This document shows, piece after piece, positions 62,826-64,000 of a stretch of 64,000 nt of DNA. The stretch spans positions 6,447,489 to 6,511,488 of the forward strand of contig CM121342.1 of the NCBI GenBank assembly GCA_051530055.1, given 5' to 3'. The notes beneath the pieces were generated by a model. The model was not told the DNA's origin. It did no database searches and saw only the letters and a program-made list of their open reading frames with translations. Source of the stretch: Neoechinorhynchus agilis. Lineage: Eukaryota; Animalia; Acanthocephala. Within the stretch, counting starts at the first letter, position 1; the number at the start of each line of letters is the position of its first letter. The position numbers and the translations under genes were made by a program.

Positions 62826-64000
62826 TTAAACGCTAAACGATTTTTTAATCGTTTGAATTAAAGTTTTTTTATAGAAAATCGGGAAAGATTTCATTTTCAA
62901 TGTTTTTCCGATATTTCGGATCCGTTGCAATGTGCGCAGAAATGGTTTTCTACTGAAAAAATCCTTTGAATTCGTGGATGATTTATTTTTTTTGCCAATT
63001 CGGGCATTTTTATTCAAAAAATATTTTTAAAAAGTTCACGATTTGAACGCTAAACGATTTTTTAATCGTTTGAATTAAGGTTTTTTTTATAGAAAATCAG
63101 GAAAGATTTCATTTTCAATGTTTTTCCGATATTTCGGATCCGTTGCAATGTGCGCAGGAAATGGTTTTCTACTAAAAAAATCCTTTTAATTCATGGAGAG
63201 TTTTTATTTTTTTTGCCAATTCGGGCATTTTTATTCAAATATATTTTTAAAAAGTTCACGATTTGAACGCTAAACGATTTTTTAATCGTTTGAATTAAAG
63301 TTTTTTATAGAAAATCAGGAAAGATTTTATTTTCAATGTTTTTCCGATATTTCGGATCCGTTGCAATGTGCGCAGGAAATGGTTTTCTACTAAAAAAATC
63401 CTTTTAATTCGTGGAGATTTATTTTTTGCCAATTCGGGCATTTTTATTCAAAAAATATTTTTAAAAAGTTCACGATTTGAACGCTAAACGATTTTTTAAT
63501 CGTTTGAATTAAGGTTTTTTTATAGAAAATCAGGAAAGATTTTATTTTCAATGTTTTTCCGATATTTCGGATCCGTTGCAATGTGCGCAGGAAATGGTTT
63601 TCTACTAAAAAAATCCTTTGAATTCGTGGATGATTTATTTTTTGCCAATTCGGGCATTTTTATTCAAAAAATATTTTTAAAAAGTTCAAGATTTGAACGC
63701 TAAACGATTATTTTAATCGTTTGAATTAAAGTTTTTTTATAGAAAATCAGGAAAGATTTTATTTTCAATGTTTTTCCGATATTTCGGATCCGTTGCAATG
63801 TGCGCAGGAAATGGTTTTCTACTGAAAAAATCCTTTGAATTCGTGGATGATTTATTTTTTTACCAATTCGGGCATTTTTATTCAAAAAATATTTTTAAAA
63901 AGTTCACGATTTGAACGCTAAACGATTTTTTAATCGTTTGAATTAATTTTTTTATAGAAAATCAGGAAAGATTTTATTTTCAATGTTTTTCCGATATTTC
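62826..64000 (+). repeat. Tandem array, ~217-bp unit, >5 copies, in eIF2-alpha intron 2
   Basis: GAACGCTAAACGATT at ~63045, 63266, 63480, 63696 and 63914; runs to the window end. Confidence 0.95.

Noticed and set aside
62826-63885. ORFs MNKNARIGKK
   Set aside because: Chance frames in the intronic 217-bp array.

Overview
AT-rich eukaryotic, most likely invertebrate animal, genomic DNA. The evidence is paramyosin, a Groucho/TLE homologue, GT-AG introns of about 40-55 bp and fast-evolving proteins. Recognisable host genes are a divergent Groucho/TLE (-, 31.0-33.0 kb), separase (+, about 40.3-49.1 kb), paramyosin (-, 49.2-52.1 kb), an unidentified multi-exon gene (-, 55.7-58.8 kb) and the 5' exons of eIF2-alpha (+, 62.4 kb onward). 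Three paralogues encode an unrecognised, intronless, secreted Cys/Tyr/acidic hexapeptide-repeat protein (287, 323 and 659 aa). The rest is decayed retroelements (APE-type LINEs, CRE-like RLE non-LTR elements, Penelope-like, Ty3/gypsy, RTE), small inverted-repeat elements and about nine local tandem arrays with units of 83-450 bp. Main highlights: (1) two strongly diverged APE-LINEs share the same 3' junction in paralogous copies of the groucho/secreted-gene intergenic region, with an empty site also present, which suggests a new site-specific retrotransposon target; (2) the modular secreted repeat-protein family; (3) an 83-bp satellite built from the endonuclease-coding end of a CRE-like element. 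All calls come from manual reading and motif recall, with no database searches. Boundaries are approximate, and some frameshifts may be sequencing errors.
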